Program-made: the position numbers and the translations under genes
Source: an uncultured virus (IMG/VR IMGVR_UViG_2731639221_000001)
Lineage: Duplodnaviria > Heunggongvirae > Uroviricota > Caudoviricetes
DNA: 64,000 nt
Virus record (IMG/VR): IMGVR_UViG_2731639221_000001
Location: 1-64,000 of that record
Strand: one strand, 5' to 3'
Notes under the pieces: generated by a model
The model's database searches: none
The model's input: the letters and a program-made list of their open reading frames with translations, nothing else
What the model was told of the DNA's origin: nothing
Shown here: positions 9,261 through 19,207 of the stretch, piece after piece
Layout: each line of letters opens with the position of its first letter
Numbering within the stretch: position 1 is the first letter of the stretch

Positions 9261-10010
9261 TTAATAATTTCGCATTAATAATATTTCTTGTTCGGACACC
9301 TTTGTAGATGCTTTATATAATGTGGAATCACCTTCATGTATCGACTCTTCATAATCTATTTGATAATCTCCTGTTTCATTCACCTGAATGTCATCAATGA
9401 CAACATCATGCATTAACATGACTTGTATCTTCTTGTGAAAGTCTACCGGACTATAGTTAATGTTTAAATCGTAAACATCTCTCCTTAGTTTAAAGGGATT
9501 ATGAATATGTCCATTGGCATCAATATATTCTTCTGTTTCCGTTTTGGGATTTTTGTTTGCCATTTCGATAGGAAGCCTAACATATAATCTATATCCGTCA
9601 TAAAACGGAAAATAAGTGCGAACCTCGCTGTAATAACTTACAAGTAAACCCTTAGATTCATTGTCATAAGAAAAGATGTTAGAATAGCATTTAGTGCCAT
9701 CCTTGTTTGTTTCCATAATACGAAAACAATCTCCACATGCCAGATATTTTGAAATATCGAAGTCAGGGAAATTAAAATATGCTAAATATAGATTTGTCGC
9801 GTGCTCAATTCTCGTGATCTCCGTAATAATATCTCCACTAATATTACATAGATTAAGTATAAGCGTGTTACCAAGTTGGTGATAATTACTTTCAAAATAT
9901 GCATAAAAAGAGATATCTGATAATTCGGATACTTCCAAAATCGGAGAACAGTTACATTCAATAAGTTCTTTATCGAATTGTATAAATGAGTATTGGGGCG
10001 TTGTAAGCAT
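9261..10010 (-). CDS. Hypothetical structural protein
   Basis: Acidic ORF; start moved to ATG 10010 below promoter 10031-10049. Confidence 0.5.
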   Translation of the reverse strand: MLTTPQYSFIQFDKELIECNCSPILEVSELSDISFYAYFESNYHQLGNTLILNLCNISGDIITEITRIEHATNLYLAYFNFPDFDISKYLACGDCFRIMETNKDGTKCYSNIFSYDNESKGLLVSYYSEVRTYFPFYDGYRLYVRLPIEMANKNPKTETEEYIDANGHIHNPFKLRRDVYDLNINYSPVDFHKKIQVMLMHDVVIDDIQVNETGDYQIDYEESIHEGDSTLYKASTKVSEQEILLMRNY

Positions 10011-10030
10011 ATTCTTTAGATAATAGTATA

Positions 10031-10049
10031 CAAATATAATCATTGTGAT
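10031..10049 (-). promoter_or_regulatory. Putative late promoter B
   Basis: Minus strand ATCACAATGAT-TATATTTG. Confidence 0.6.
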
Positions 10050-10342
10050 TATTATTACATCATATTAGACTATTCAAATTCTGCTAGATTTTTATTTAGT
10101 AATATTTAACCAAAATACTTCCTTTTTCAGTGAACAAGACTGATTTGATTGCATAATTTTGAAGAGTATACAAAAAAATGATGGGCAAAAACTTACATTC
10201 CAAATTAATAATATTATCACAAACAATCACTTATAAAGGTCATGCAGAATCGACTACCTTATAATTTATCTATCTACCACGATCGAACAAATGAATCAAT
10301 GTATATGTTATTAACAATAGACGTACATTTATAGACTGAGCA

Positions 10343-10768
10343 ATGATAAAAGAAAATAAAAAAAGTTCTATTCCTGAGAAATCTATCCTTTTAAGGGATT
10401 TGGAAGCCAAACGCATGTATTTACAATATTTGCCAGTTTGTATTGCTCAAAACTCAGTGCCTTCAAATAGTATAGATCTGAGCTGTGTTATGAAAGAAAT
10501 GGACAAACTGAGACAAGAATATGAGATGCTTAAAACTTCATTAAAAGCTGAAGAGTTACGCAACTATAATCAAAATTTAGCCCATAATAAAAACACTCAA
10601 ATTTCAGTTAATGATATAATCGAATGCATTGGAATGATTAACAAGAAAAATGCTAGATCAATATTAGAGAAAATCGGTATTATTAATAAGGATGGCAGTT
10701 TGTCCGAAAATTATATAGAATCCGAAGATAAAATTTCATATCGTTACCACACAGCTACACAAAAATAA
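10343..10768 (+). CDS. Hypothetical protein, partner of downstream ART-like gene
   Basis: 141 aa, stop directly abuts next ATG; C-terminal ARSILEKIGIINKDGSLSENY. Confidence 0.55.
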   Translation: MIKENKKSSIPEKSILLRDLEAKRMYLQYLPVCIAQNSVPSNSIDLSCVMKEMDKLRQEYEMLKTSLKAEELRNYNQNLAHNKNTQISVNDIIECIGMINKKNARSILEKIGIINKDGSLSENYIESEDKISYRYHTATQK

Positions 10769-11380
10769 ATGTATTCTAAATCTCGTAATATTATAATCGG
10801 ATTTCACGGTTGTGATAAATCCGTAAGGGATGACATTATCCTGGGAAGAACACCAATGGACAAAAGCGACAATGACTATGATTGGCTTGGAGGAGGTTTT
10901 TACTTCTGGGAAAACAATTTAGACAGAGCTTTATATTTTGCACAAGAAAAACAGATAAGAAAACCTGAAGAAATAAAAGAACCTTCTGTACTTGGAGCTT
11001 TTATTGATCTAGGATATTGTCTAGATTTATTAGATACTAAATATCTAAGTCTATTACCTCCAGCACATGAGTTTCTATGTAAAACAATGGCAATGAGTGG
11101 AAAGGTAATACCTAAAAATGGAGGAAAATTCACCTGTACAAATGATTTATTATTAAGATTCCTTGATTGTGCTGTCATCGAAAGTTTGCATCTGTTAAAT
11201 ATAGAAACCAAGAATAATCAATTCGATTCTGTACGTGGAGTCTTTTGGGAAGGCGTAGATCTATATCCAGACGCAGGATTTAAGGAAAAGAATCACATCC
11301 AAATTTGTGTAAGAAACCCTAATTGCATAAAGGGATATTTTATACCAAGAGATAAAGATGGTAATTTTATAAATCCTTAA
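10769..11380 (+). CDS. ADP-ribosyltransferase-fold (DUF3990-like) putative toxin
   Basis: Motifs GFHGC, WLGGGFYFW, HIQICVRN. Confidence 0.55.
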   Translation: MYSKSRNIIIGFHGCDKSVRDDIILGRTPMDKSDNDYDWLGGGFYFWENNLDRALYFAQEKQIRKPEEIKEPSVLGAFIDLGYCLDLLDTKYLSLLPPAHEFLCKTMAMSGKVIPKNGGKFTCTNDLLLRFLDCAVIESLHLLNIETKNNQFDSVRGVFWEGVDLYPDAGFKEKNHIQICVRNPNCIKGYFIPRDKDGNFINP

Positions 11381-11388
11381 AACTATAC

Positions 11389-11414
11389 AAAAAAAAAGCC
11401 TCGATTAAGAGGCT
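11389..11414 (-). terminator. Intrinsic terminator
   Basis: AGCCTC-GATTAA-GAGGCT with a 9-A run on its left. Confidence 0.65.
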
Positions 11415-11439
11415 CTACCTATATTTTTATTTAAAAGGA

Positions 11440-11688
11440 TTATTGTTTAAAGACCACATTGAACTTTGAGAATTCGACTGCATTAAACATGGGTAAATTA
11501 CCTCTATTTTGAGCTATCAATTGCTTTCTCTCATCTTCAAAAATCAAAGCTGCTTGTGTTATTTTATTCTTCAACCTATTCTCTGTAAATACACATCCAG
11601 CCACTTCTTCTAACATAAATTCGTTAAATAGTTTCATCAATGTTCTTACATATAAGTTGTTTGTGTCTATTACTATTTCTTTTTTCAT
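11440..11688 (-). CDS. Hypothetical protein
   Basis: 82-aa ORF downstream of the antirepressor. Confidence 0.55.
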   Translation of the reverse strand: MKKEIVIDTNNLYVRTLMKLFNEFMLEEVAGCVFTENRLKNKITQAALIFEDERKQLIAQNRGNLPMFNAVEFSKFNVVFKQ

Positions 11689-11720
11689 ATTATTTTAGGT
11701 ATTATACAATTAATAATTAG

Positions 11721-12419
11721 TTAACCTTCTCTTTCGAATAACAGGAACATTTCACGTGCATATTTTTTACATGCCAAGTGTTGCTTTTTCAAAAGATCAT
11801 TCAACCTCCTGTTTTCAAGTTCCGCCAATAGCATCCTATTAACAGCCTTAAATGTCTTCATCGAATTGTCGTGGTAACTGGTTATCATTTGGCAGATATT
11901 CCATTTGTAGCTGTAGTTCTCATCCCATTGGTGAAGAATGACAGCATTATTATCAGTAAAGAATTCATTCTCTCTCAAATGCCTGAGAATACTATCCTGA
12001 TACATCTCATAGGCTCTGCGAATAGTTTTGTCGTAATCTTCGTAACGGGGTTTAATGGCTTTGGGCTGTTTAGCTGCTTTGTGGAATACTTTCCGGTATA
12101 CCTCAAACACCGGGCGGATCTTTCGGGCAATAAAATATTCTAAGCAGGAAACCGAAAGAAGGTAAAAAGTAGTTGGACGACCGCCTTTAGAGTTTTCAGC
12201 ATTTTTGCTGAAAACTTGATAATCAATATTTTCAATAAAATTTACTCTTAATGAACGTACTGCTTCATTCTTTCCAGAATAAACTAACATCCATACCTCA
12301 TCTAAATTAATAGGGAATGATTCTTCCAGTTGTGATAGTTGCAAAACCTTTTGAAAATAGGCTTTAATTTCGCTTGTGCTGCTACTCTTGGATAGAGTAA
12401 TTTGATTGTTTTTGTTCAT
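11721..12419 (-). CDS. AntA/AntB-like antirepressor
   Basis: FPINLDEVW, FIENIDY, GGRPTTFYLLS motifs; start moved to ATG 12419. Confidence 0.75.
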   Translation of the reverse strand: MNKNNQITLSKSSSTSEIKAYFQKVLQLSQLEESFPINLDEVWMLVYSGKNEAVRSLRVNFIENIDYQVFSKNAENSKGGRPTTFYLLSVSCLEYFIARKIRPVFEVYRKVFHKAAKQPKAIKPRYEDYDKTIRRAYEMYQDSILRHLRENEFFTDNNAVILHQWDENYSYKWNICQMITSYHDNSMKTFKAVNRMLLAELENRRLNDLLKKQHLACKKYAREMFLLFEREG

Positions 12420-12424
12420 GATTA

Positions 12425-12638
12425 TGTATGTTTGGCTATTATAGGCAGAAAAAAAGAACGGCTGCCATATCCCATTGTCGCCAAACATACAAACTAACAG
12501 TATTCCTGAGAGAATGTTGGGATAGACAACCGTCTTATTTTGTATCACAAAATTAGGGTATGTCTTTAAATAAGAAAATACTCCAAAAGGAGTATAACAG
12601 TTTTACTGTCACTTGTATATTTGGCTGATACAAATATA
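12425..12638 (-). ncRNA. Structured leader / C4- or CI-like antisense RNA before antirepressor
   Basis: Promoter TATATTTG 12631-12638; stem 12518-12533 with 12458-12474 plus U-tract; internal 12-mer (12480-12491) complementary to 12425-12436 and 12614-12625. Confidence 0.6.
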
Positions 12639-12741
12639 TAAATATTTTTATTACATTCGCATAATTGATTGATTATTAACAATATAGAAATCATATTGAT
12701 TGTATTATAATCTTAATGATTGCTCGAAAAGCATAAAAAAA

Positions 12742-13452
12742 ATGGAAATATTTTTGTATTTAATAGCTCTAGCAATAATTGTAATATTATGTGGTGCATC
12801 TGCAAATAATAGAAGAAAAAAACAGGGGAGAACCTCAGAGTCCGTAAGTACACCTTCAGAAAATACAGTTAACGGAACCTCAGAGGAACTAAAGTTATTA
12901 ACTAAAGTGAGAGAGATATTTGAGTCCGGTAAAGCAATGCCATTATATGATATTTACAAAGAAGTTGAATATAATGAAGCTATTGAAATCTTACCTACAA
13001 AAGAGAATTCCAAAGCCTCTGAATTATTTCATCAGTATTGCCATGCAATAAGTAATAGATATTATATTAAATATTACGAATTAAAACCTTCTGAATCAAA
13101 TAAAATAAATTTAAGAGATGGTGAATTAATATATTACACTATATGTGACTCCAAATTGTTTGATAGTAAAAATTTGTATAGAGCTGTTGATCTCGGTAAT
13201 ATATATTTTACGAATAAAAGATTGTTGTTTGTAGGCAAACAATTTAATGTAGTAAAATCCTACACATATAAAAGTATTATCACTTATAATAGATATAAAG
13301 ATGCTGTATCAATATCTATAGAAAACCAGAATCCGAAATTGTTTAAGTTTGAACCATCAAAAGATAGTTTATTCATACAAGATGGATTAAATGAATTATC
13401 TATACTTTTACCAAGATTTATAAATAATAACTATACTCAAGATTCGGTATGA
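12742..13452 (+). CDS. Membrane-anchored hypothetical protein (moron)
   Basis: N-terminal TM helix; GNIYFTNKRLLFVG resembles bacterial PH-like domains. Confidence 0.6.
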   Translation: MEIFLYLIALAIIVILCGASANNRRKKQGRTSESVSTPSENTVNGTSEELKLLTKVREIFESGKAMPLYDIYKEVEYNEAIEILPTKENSKASELFHQYCHAISNRYYIKYYELKPSESNKINLRDGELIYYTICDSKLFDSKNLYRAVDLGNIYFTNKRLLFVGKQFNVVKSYTYKSIITYNRYKDAVSISIENQNPKLFKFEPSKDSLFIQDGLNELSILLPRFINNNYTQDSV

Positions 13453-13790
13453 AACAATTATCAATTATACTACTATTCATTACAGCTTTTTTATCTTCTT
13501 GTGGCAGTCATGCGGATGATGATCCGTATGATGAGTTAGTCACATATGACAATTGGTATAGAATAGGTGATGATAAGCTAAATAAAGAATTTATACGATT
13601 CAATAGAACCGACTTTATCTGGGGGCAGGGAAATGCAGCACCTATGTATAATTATAAAATAACAGAAAAGGGCAGGATTAAATACTATCTTAAATTCAAA
13701 GATAATCCTGATACATTGTATACGAATTATTTTATTCAAAATGGAATACTTCAAATATTTAATGGGCGAACTTATGAAAGAGGTAAATAA
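13449..13790 (+). CDS. Lipoprotein (moron)
   Basis: Signal peptide ending FLSSC, ATGA overlap with upstream gene. Confidence 0.65.
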   Translation: MKQLSIILLFITAFLSSCGSHADDDPYDELVTYDNWYRIGDDKLNKEFIRFNRTDFIWGQGNAAPMYNYKITEKGRIKYYLKFKDNPDTLYTNYFIQNGILQIFNGRTYERGK

Positions 13791-13792
13791 TT

Positions 13793-15871
13793 TTACCTCA
13801 TTCTTGGTATCAATGTAAAATCAGCCATACATTTTAGCAGGTCGAATTCTATCTCACTTATCCATCCATATTCACCATTGAATTCTATCAATCCGTATGG
13901 GTTTGATTTTATACGATTAAAATCATCTCTGGTTATAGGGTGTTGAAACGAGATAAGTTCCGGTTTGAATATCGGAGTATACAATTCAGACTCCTTAAAA
14001 TCAGATGGAAGAATATCTTGAGACTCCTTAATTACACTTGTTTCAATAGAACAAATAGTATTGATCAACAGTTTAGCTCTTACATAGCCTTCACCACCTG
14101 CAAAGATCAATGCTTCATCTTTCACCCCTTGCATAATCCAGCTATACCACCTCATTGCATTTCTCGCAGGAGATATAGATACGTTGTAAATACTATCAGG
14201 ATCTATAACCGTACCATCAGGATCAATAGCACCTGTCTCAACAATAATAGTATTACCAATATCTCTTTCCAGTGAGACAATAAACACGTCATTATCATAC
14301 CTCCAGTCCTTTGTATCACTCTCTATTTGCCTTCTCCTGGTTGCTTCTATTGCATAGCCGTCAGCCACAAAGGAGCATTCTTTCTCAAGCTTGGTATCTA
14401 TCATTTTTAAGGAGGTTCGATATTGTCTTTTTCCGTGAAATCCATCGATACCGTTGTATTCTTCTGCTTCCCATTTCTTATAACCGTTATTGAATAGCTG
14501 ATAAGATCGGGATAGATCTACTTTCCGCTCAACATTGCTAACATTCACACAAGTCATTATCACATCGTTGTTGTAGAAATGCTTATATGGCTCTACAATC
14601 AACTTATTGCCCTGCACGCCGTAACCGATACAATCAATTGAGATAAGAGCGTCCAGGTAATCTTTTAACGAGATATAAGTTACAGGGAGACTTCCATCTG
14701 TAAGAAGTCCGTTTCTGAGGTTAAGTCCTGTAAGAATACCACGCATTGAGCCACATCCATCTATTTCCGATGGGTTAACATCACTATCTATTCGAGAGTA
14801 GTAATCTGACTTAACGGTTATTTCTCCATTAGTAATAGATTCAACAATCCTACTCAGTGACTCATGCACGAGGCTTAGATTTGCATTAGTAGATTTATAT
14901 TTCGATGTTCCGGTTACTTCAAAAAAAGCAATAGCATCATCAGATATTGGAGCGATATAGTATCTCCATTCTAAAGCTGCATCAGATTCAGCCATTCCAT
15001 ATAAATAAAACCTATCCCCAGCGTTTAAATTTATATTGATATCTAAATCAACAATTACATAAGGCCCATAATAAGGATCATCCGCCGGAGTACCTATATT
15101 AATTGGGCTCTCACTATTAATTCTATAATACGCAAAAGTATTGAAATTACGAACTCCACGCGTGTATCTTGCATATACTTTATATCTCGCTTTAATTCTG
15201 ATATTAGTATATGTAATATCATTATCAGGAACAATGAAGATGGGTTGTACATCATTTAGATCTCCATCATGTGACGTAATCGCATTTAAATCAAATAGCT
15301 CACTTTTTACCTCAACACTAAATATTATATTAAAATATGTATTTCCGTCTCTTGTAGAAAGAGATGAGGCATAATCATTGGTTTCCGCTCTACTCGAAGT
15401 AAAAACGGATTTCCCTTCTAATAAGATATTCTTTTTCAGATTCGGATATTCCGGTAATACTTGACCATCAAAACCGACTAATGATTCAAGCTCCACTTTA
15501 GTATTTATCCTGTTTCTTATTGTTGTCTGAACATCTATCTGAGCCACTCCCAATTCAATTATAATTGAATTGCCTTTTTTCTCAACATATTGAGCGAAGT
15601 CAAGTCTACCGGTATAGAATTCATCCCATATTTGATTTACCTTTTCTTGTACTATGAGAATAACATCTGCTTCAATACCTTCATTTTCATAAGCTGTTTT
15701 ACAAATATCATAACTTAACCCTCCAAAACCAAGAGTTACCTCTGCATATTCCCAAATGGTGCCATGGGATATACCTCTTAGTAGCTTTGGTTTGAATCCA
15801 TCAAAACCGATTGGTTCTTTTATCTCGGTCTGAGTGCCTTTGTAGGAAAGAAAATATCTTCTAAAATCCAT
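13793..15871 (-). CDS. Putative tail tip/baseplate hub protein
   Basis: 692 aa, beta-rich composition, coupled to tape measure stop. Confidence 0.55.
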   Translation of the reverse strand: MDFRRYFLSYKGTQTEIKEPIGFDGFKPKLLRGISHGTIWEYAEVTLGFGGLSYDICKTAYENEGIEADVILIVQEKVNQIWDEFYTGRLDFAQYVEKKGNSIIIELGVAQIDVQTTIRNRINTKVELESLVGFDGQVLPEYPNLKKNILLEGKSVFTSSRAETNDYASSLSTRDGNTYFNIIFSVEVKSELFDLNAITSHDGDLNDVQPIFIVPDNDITYTNIRIKARYKVYARYTRGVRNFNTFAYYRINSESPINIGTPADDPYYGPYVIVDLDININLNAGDRFYLYGMAESDAALEWRYYIAPISDDAIAFFEVTGTSKYKSTNANLSLVHESLSRIVESITNGEITVKSDYYSRIDSDVNPSEIDGCGSMRGILTGLNLRNGLLTDGSLPVTYISLKDYLDALISIDCIGYGVQGNKLIVEPYKHFYNNDVIMTCVNVSNVERKVDLSRSYQLFNNGYKKWEAEEYNGIDGFHGKRQYRTSLKMIDTKLEKECSFVADGYAIEATRRRQIESDTKDWRYDNDVFIVSLERDIGNTIIVETGAIDPDGTVIDPDSIYNVSISPARNAMRWYSWIMQGVKDEALIFAGGEGYVRAKLLINTICSIETSVIKESQDILPSDFKESELYTPIFKPELISFQHPITRDDFNRIKSNPYGLIEFNGEYGWISEIEFDLLKCMADFTLIPRMR

Positions 15872-18800
15872 TACATTGTAGTTTTAAATTTACTATTCAG
15901 GTGCTTTACTTTTGTATTTCCGTCTGTTACAGTAGTTCCCGATCGATCAACAGATACATATACCGGGCGTTGAACGGGAGTCTTTTGATACTTAGCAACA
16001 GATCTTCCAACCCTATCATAATCTATCTCTGTATTATAAGTTCTTCTTGCATCGCTTATTAATTGTTGACTGATAACAGGTGATACAGGATAAGAAGGAT
16101 CTATTGCCGGCATATTCCACTTTGACATAACCGATCGGTCACCATTCATGGCTCTTATTGAATCATGAGCCGGCATAATTGAGGCTCCTTTAGGAATCCA
16201 CATAATCTCGGGACCGTATTCACCAACCAGAGCATGTTCACCTTCTCCTCCTTTTCGTCCTTTCCAGTATCTGGGAAGAGGTTGTGACCTTATCGCATTC
16301 AACTGAGCGAACGTCTGAACACCGACAAGAGCAGCGACAATTGCAGAGTATGGAAAAGGAAAATCTTTAAATGCTCGAGCGATAGCTTGCCCGTTAGTTA
16401 AAATCAGATTGAAAATAGCTTGATTTTTTTCGGCTTGGGCTGCTTTTCTCTTTAACTCCAACTGTCTTCTGTTATATTCTTCTTCTGAAATAAGTTTTAA
16501 ACTTGAATTGCTTTTAGCCTTTTCAGCATCAGTTGTATAATAGTGATCAAGGTCAGAAAGCTGTTGCTGTATTTGAGCTTTCTGATTATCAAAACTCAAT
16601 GTTGCAAGAGTTGAGATTGTATTAAATAACTCGTCTTGGATAGCAGCTCGACTTTCAGCTTCTTGTTCAGCTATTTGAATACGTTTTTCAGATAACTCTT
16701 GTTCAAGATCAATCGTATCTTCTCCATTCTTTCTTCTTGTTGAAATTTGCTTATTGAGAGAATCAATGGTTATCTTGTTCAATTCACTCTCATAGGCTCT
16801 TCTGGATAACTTTCCATTCTCATATTGTTGAGTAGCAATGAGAGTCTCAGTGTTGACTTGCTTTTGGAGATTTGTCGAATCCTGCTCTGTAAGTATCTCT
16901 TTTTTCTCTTTAGCTAATTCTGCATTTATTTCTTTTATCCTTGCTGCTTTAAATTCCTCATTCTTAATTGTATTTTCCACATCCTGTAGTTCAAGTTTAG
17001 CTTTTTCTTCAGCTAAATCAAGTCTTAACTGATATTCTTCTGTGGATCCGGAGTGTGTTTGAGCTAATTTTGCATTAATTACGGAAATATTACCGTTAAT
17101 TGTATTTTCAGCGACTTTATTGGTAAAGTCTTCATCTAATTTAAGAGCTTCTTTTCTGTATTTAGCCTCAATTGCTTTAATTTGATTTATTGTAAGGTTG
17201 CGTTCGGAGAGTTCTATTTCTTTTTGTTTTTCTAACTGATTTACCTTTAAATTATACTCCTCAAGAGAACCCTCTTTTGCTGCTGATAACCCGGCATTGA
17301 TCAATTCCACTTCATCTTGAAGTTGTTTCTTGGTGAATTCATCCCTTAATTGCTGAATCTGCAATTCGGTTTCCTTGGTAATCAGGAGACGTTCACCCTT
17401 TGTAATGTCAGCATTCTGGAGATCAACATTCTTTTTAACTTCAAGAGCAGCGATTTGAGCGTTGAGCTCTTCCATGGTTCCCTTTTTAGTGAGAATTACT
17501 TTATATTGGGCAAGTGCAACAGCTGACTTTTTACCAGCCTCAGCAGCTCTCTTATTAGATTCTATTTCATCAAGTTCTCTTTGATGCCTAGCTTCTTCGT
17601 CCTCTTTTTCGGCTTCTTGTGCATTACTTATTTTTAAACGGAAATTACCAAGTCTTTCTTGAATGTTTTCTTTGAATTTCTGGAACTTCTCTTCATCGAT
17701 ATCAAATTTTTGAATTTTACCATCAATTTTAAACTTCATTACAGTTTTTCCTTGATCTCGTAATTTTTGAGACTCATCATTGATGAGCTTAAGTTGCTTT
17801 TCGAGTTCTTCAGCTTTCTTTTTATTATTTTCAAGACTACTTATTTCTTCACCATAATGCAGACGCAAAGAATTAGCTACTCTAACCCTCTCATCATTGA
17901 TTTGCTTCCTTTTCTGAGCTAGTTGAGCCTCACTAGCTCCACCAGCTTTCATTAATTCATATTCACGTTCCAACAATCTGATAGAATCTTCTCCATTTTC
18001 TTTAATCCTATCTGCCATTTCTTTTTTAATCTCAATGGATTCCCGTTGAAGATCATTAAGTTTTTTCTGTTTTTCAGAAGCAGTTTCCGTATTTCTAGAA
18101 AATATGTACAATGCTCCAACAACTGATAAAAGCGCAACAGCTAATAATACATAAGGATTAGCCATTGCAACCAGATTAAAGGCTTTCTGTGCTATGGTTG
18201 CTAAAATAGTATTTTTAGTAGCTAATGATTCAGCAATAGCTTTTGCTCTTAACTGAAGGGCTGCAACAGCCATCATGAGGTTACTTTCTTTCTGAACTGC
18301 ATTCTGTATTTGTTGCAATCCAGTATTGATTGCGATCAATGATTGCATTTTAAGCATCAGTTGTTGAACATCTTTATTCTCTTCACCGAAGATACTCATT
18401 GCGCCGGTCAATACCGAAAACCCTCCAGATGCGAGTTGTGTTCCTTCGAGAATAGTATCGAATATTCTTGTATCAGAGGCTTCGTTATTGATTTGTCTAT
18501 TTACGTCTCCCTGTATATCAGCGAGCCTTCCGGCTTCTTCAACCAATCTTTGGTATTCATCTGATCCTGTATCTCCCATGACTTCCATCATGGCGATTTG
18601 CTCTCTAATATTCCGGAGCATAGTCCGGAATGATTGATTCATAGCTTCAGTAGGAATACTATTTTGTAATTCTCTCTGAGCTTGAGAAAGATCAGTTATA
18701 CTTCTTCTAGTTTGCGTTAGTTGATTTCTGACCTCTTGAATTCTTCTCCCATATTCTTGAGTAGCTCGTGACTGATCTTGTGTATTTCGGGCATTCAATT

Positions 18801-18942
18801 GAGCTGCTTGTTGTTCTCTTCGTAGTTGAGCAACTTTATCTATGAGTTCTTGTTCTCGCTTCTTTAGTTCTTCGAGTTTCTTATTTGCTTCATCCAATCC
18901 ACCGGTATCAGCCGTGAAATTGATTAATACATTATTTGCCAT
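15871..18942 (-). CDS. Tail tape measure protein
   Basis: 1023 aa, long coiled coils, hydrophobic Ala-rich stretches, C-terminal ALVGEYGPE. Confidence 0.85.
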   Translation of the reverse strand: MANNVLINFTADTGGLDEANKKLEELKKREQELIDKVAQLRREQQAAQLNARNTQDQSRATQEYGRRIQEVRNQLTQTRRSITDLSQAQRELQNSIPTEAMNQSFRTMLRNIREQIAMMEVMGDTGSDEYQRLVEEAGRLADIQGDVNRQINNEASDTRIFDTILEGTQLASGGFSVLTGAMSIFGEENKDVQQLMLKMQSLIAINTGLQQIQNAVQKESNLMMAVAALQLRAKAIAESLATKNTILATIAQKAFNLVAMANPYVLLAVALLSVVGALYIFSRNTETASEKQKKLNDLQRESIEIKKEMADRIKENGEDSIRLLEREYELMKAGGASEAQLAQKRKQINDERVRVANSLRLHYGEEISSLENNKKKAEELEKQLKLINDESQKLRDQGKTVMKFKIDGKIQKFDIDEEKFQKFKENIQERLGNFRLKISNAQEAEKEDEEARHQRELDEIESNKRAAEAGKKSAVALAQYKVILTKKGTMEELNAQIAALEVKKNVDLQNADITKGERLLITKETELQIQQLRDEFTKKQLQDEVELINAGLSAAKEGSLEEYNLKVNQLEKQKEIELSERNLTINQIKAIEAKYRKEALKLDEDFTNKVAENTINGNISVINAKLAQTHSGSTEEYQLRLDLAEEKAKLELQDVENTIKNEEFKAARIKEINAELAKEKKEILTEQDSTNLQKQVNTETLIATQQYENGKLSRRAYESELNKITIDSLNKQISTRRKNGEDTIDLEQELSEKRIQIAEQEAESRAAIQDELFNTISTLATLSFDNQKAQIQQQLSDLDHYYTTDAEKAKSNSSLKLISEEEYNRRQLELKRKAAQAEKNQAIFNLILTNGQAIARAFKDFPFPYSAIVAALVGVQTFAQLNAIRSQPLPRYWKGRKGGEGEHALVGEYGPEIMWIPKGASIMPAHDSIRAMNGDRSVMSKWNMPAIDPSYPVSPVISQQLISDARRTYNTEIDYDRVGRSVAKYQKTPVQRPVYVSVDRSGTTVTDGNTKVKHLNSKFKTTM

Positions 18943-19207
18943 CGCTTTTAGGCGGTTTTGGTTTCAAGGCTTTATTAAGTTGGAAGAAAAATTCATAAAT
19001 AGTAAGTGTTGGTAAGTCTACATTCTTTTCTATTAGAATTTGTTTCCAATCTTCAAAGGAATCAATCAGTTTTTGGACTTGGAAAGCCGTAAACGCTCCA
19101 AATGTATCTTGTCTAACTTGTCTATCAGATCTGAATACGTTTCCAAATCGAAGTCTACATTCTGCAAAAATGGAATTAATTCCAGTAACGGCTTTTGTAA
19201 AAAAAAA
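18932..19207 (-). CDS. -1 frame extension of tail assembly chaperone (gpT-like)
   Basis: Frame opens right at a T9 run (19199-19207) after a TGA and runs 92 codons including the stop, ending LTIYEFFFQLNKALKPKPPKSDGK. Confidence 0.65.
   Translation of the reverse strand, partial: FFFTKAVTGINSIFAECRLRFGNVFRSDRQVRQDTFGAFTAFQVQKLIDSFEDWKQILIEKNVDLPTLTIYEFFFQLNKALKPKPPKSDGK

Noticed and set aside
11721..12548. Long version of the antirepressor ORF
   Set aside because: The extra 43 codons coincide with the structured leader; ATG 12419 is the better start
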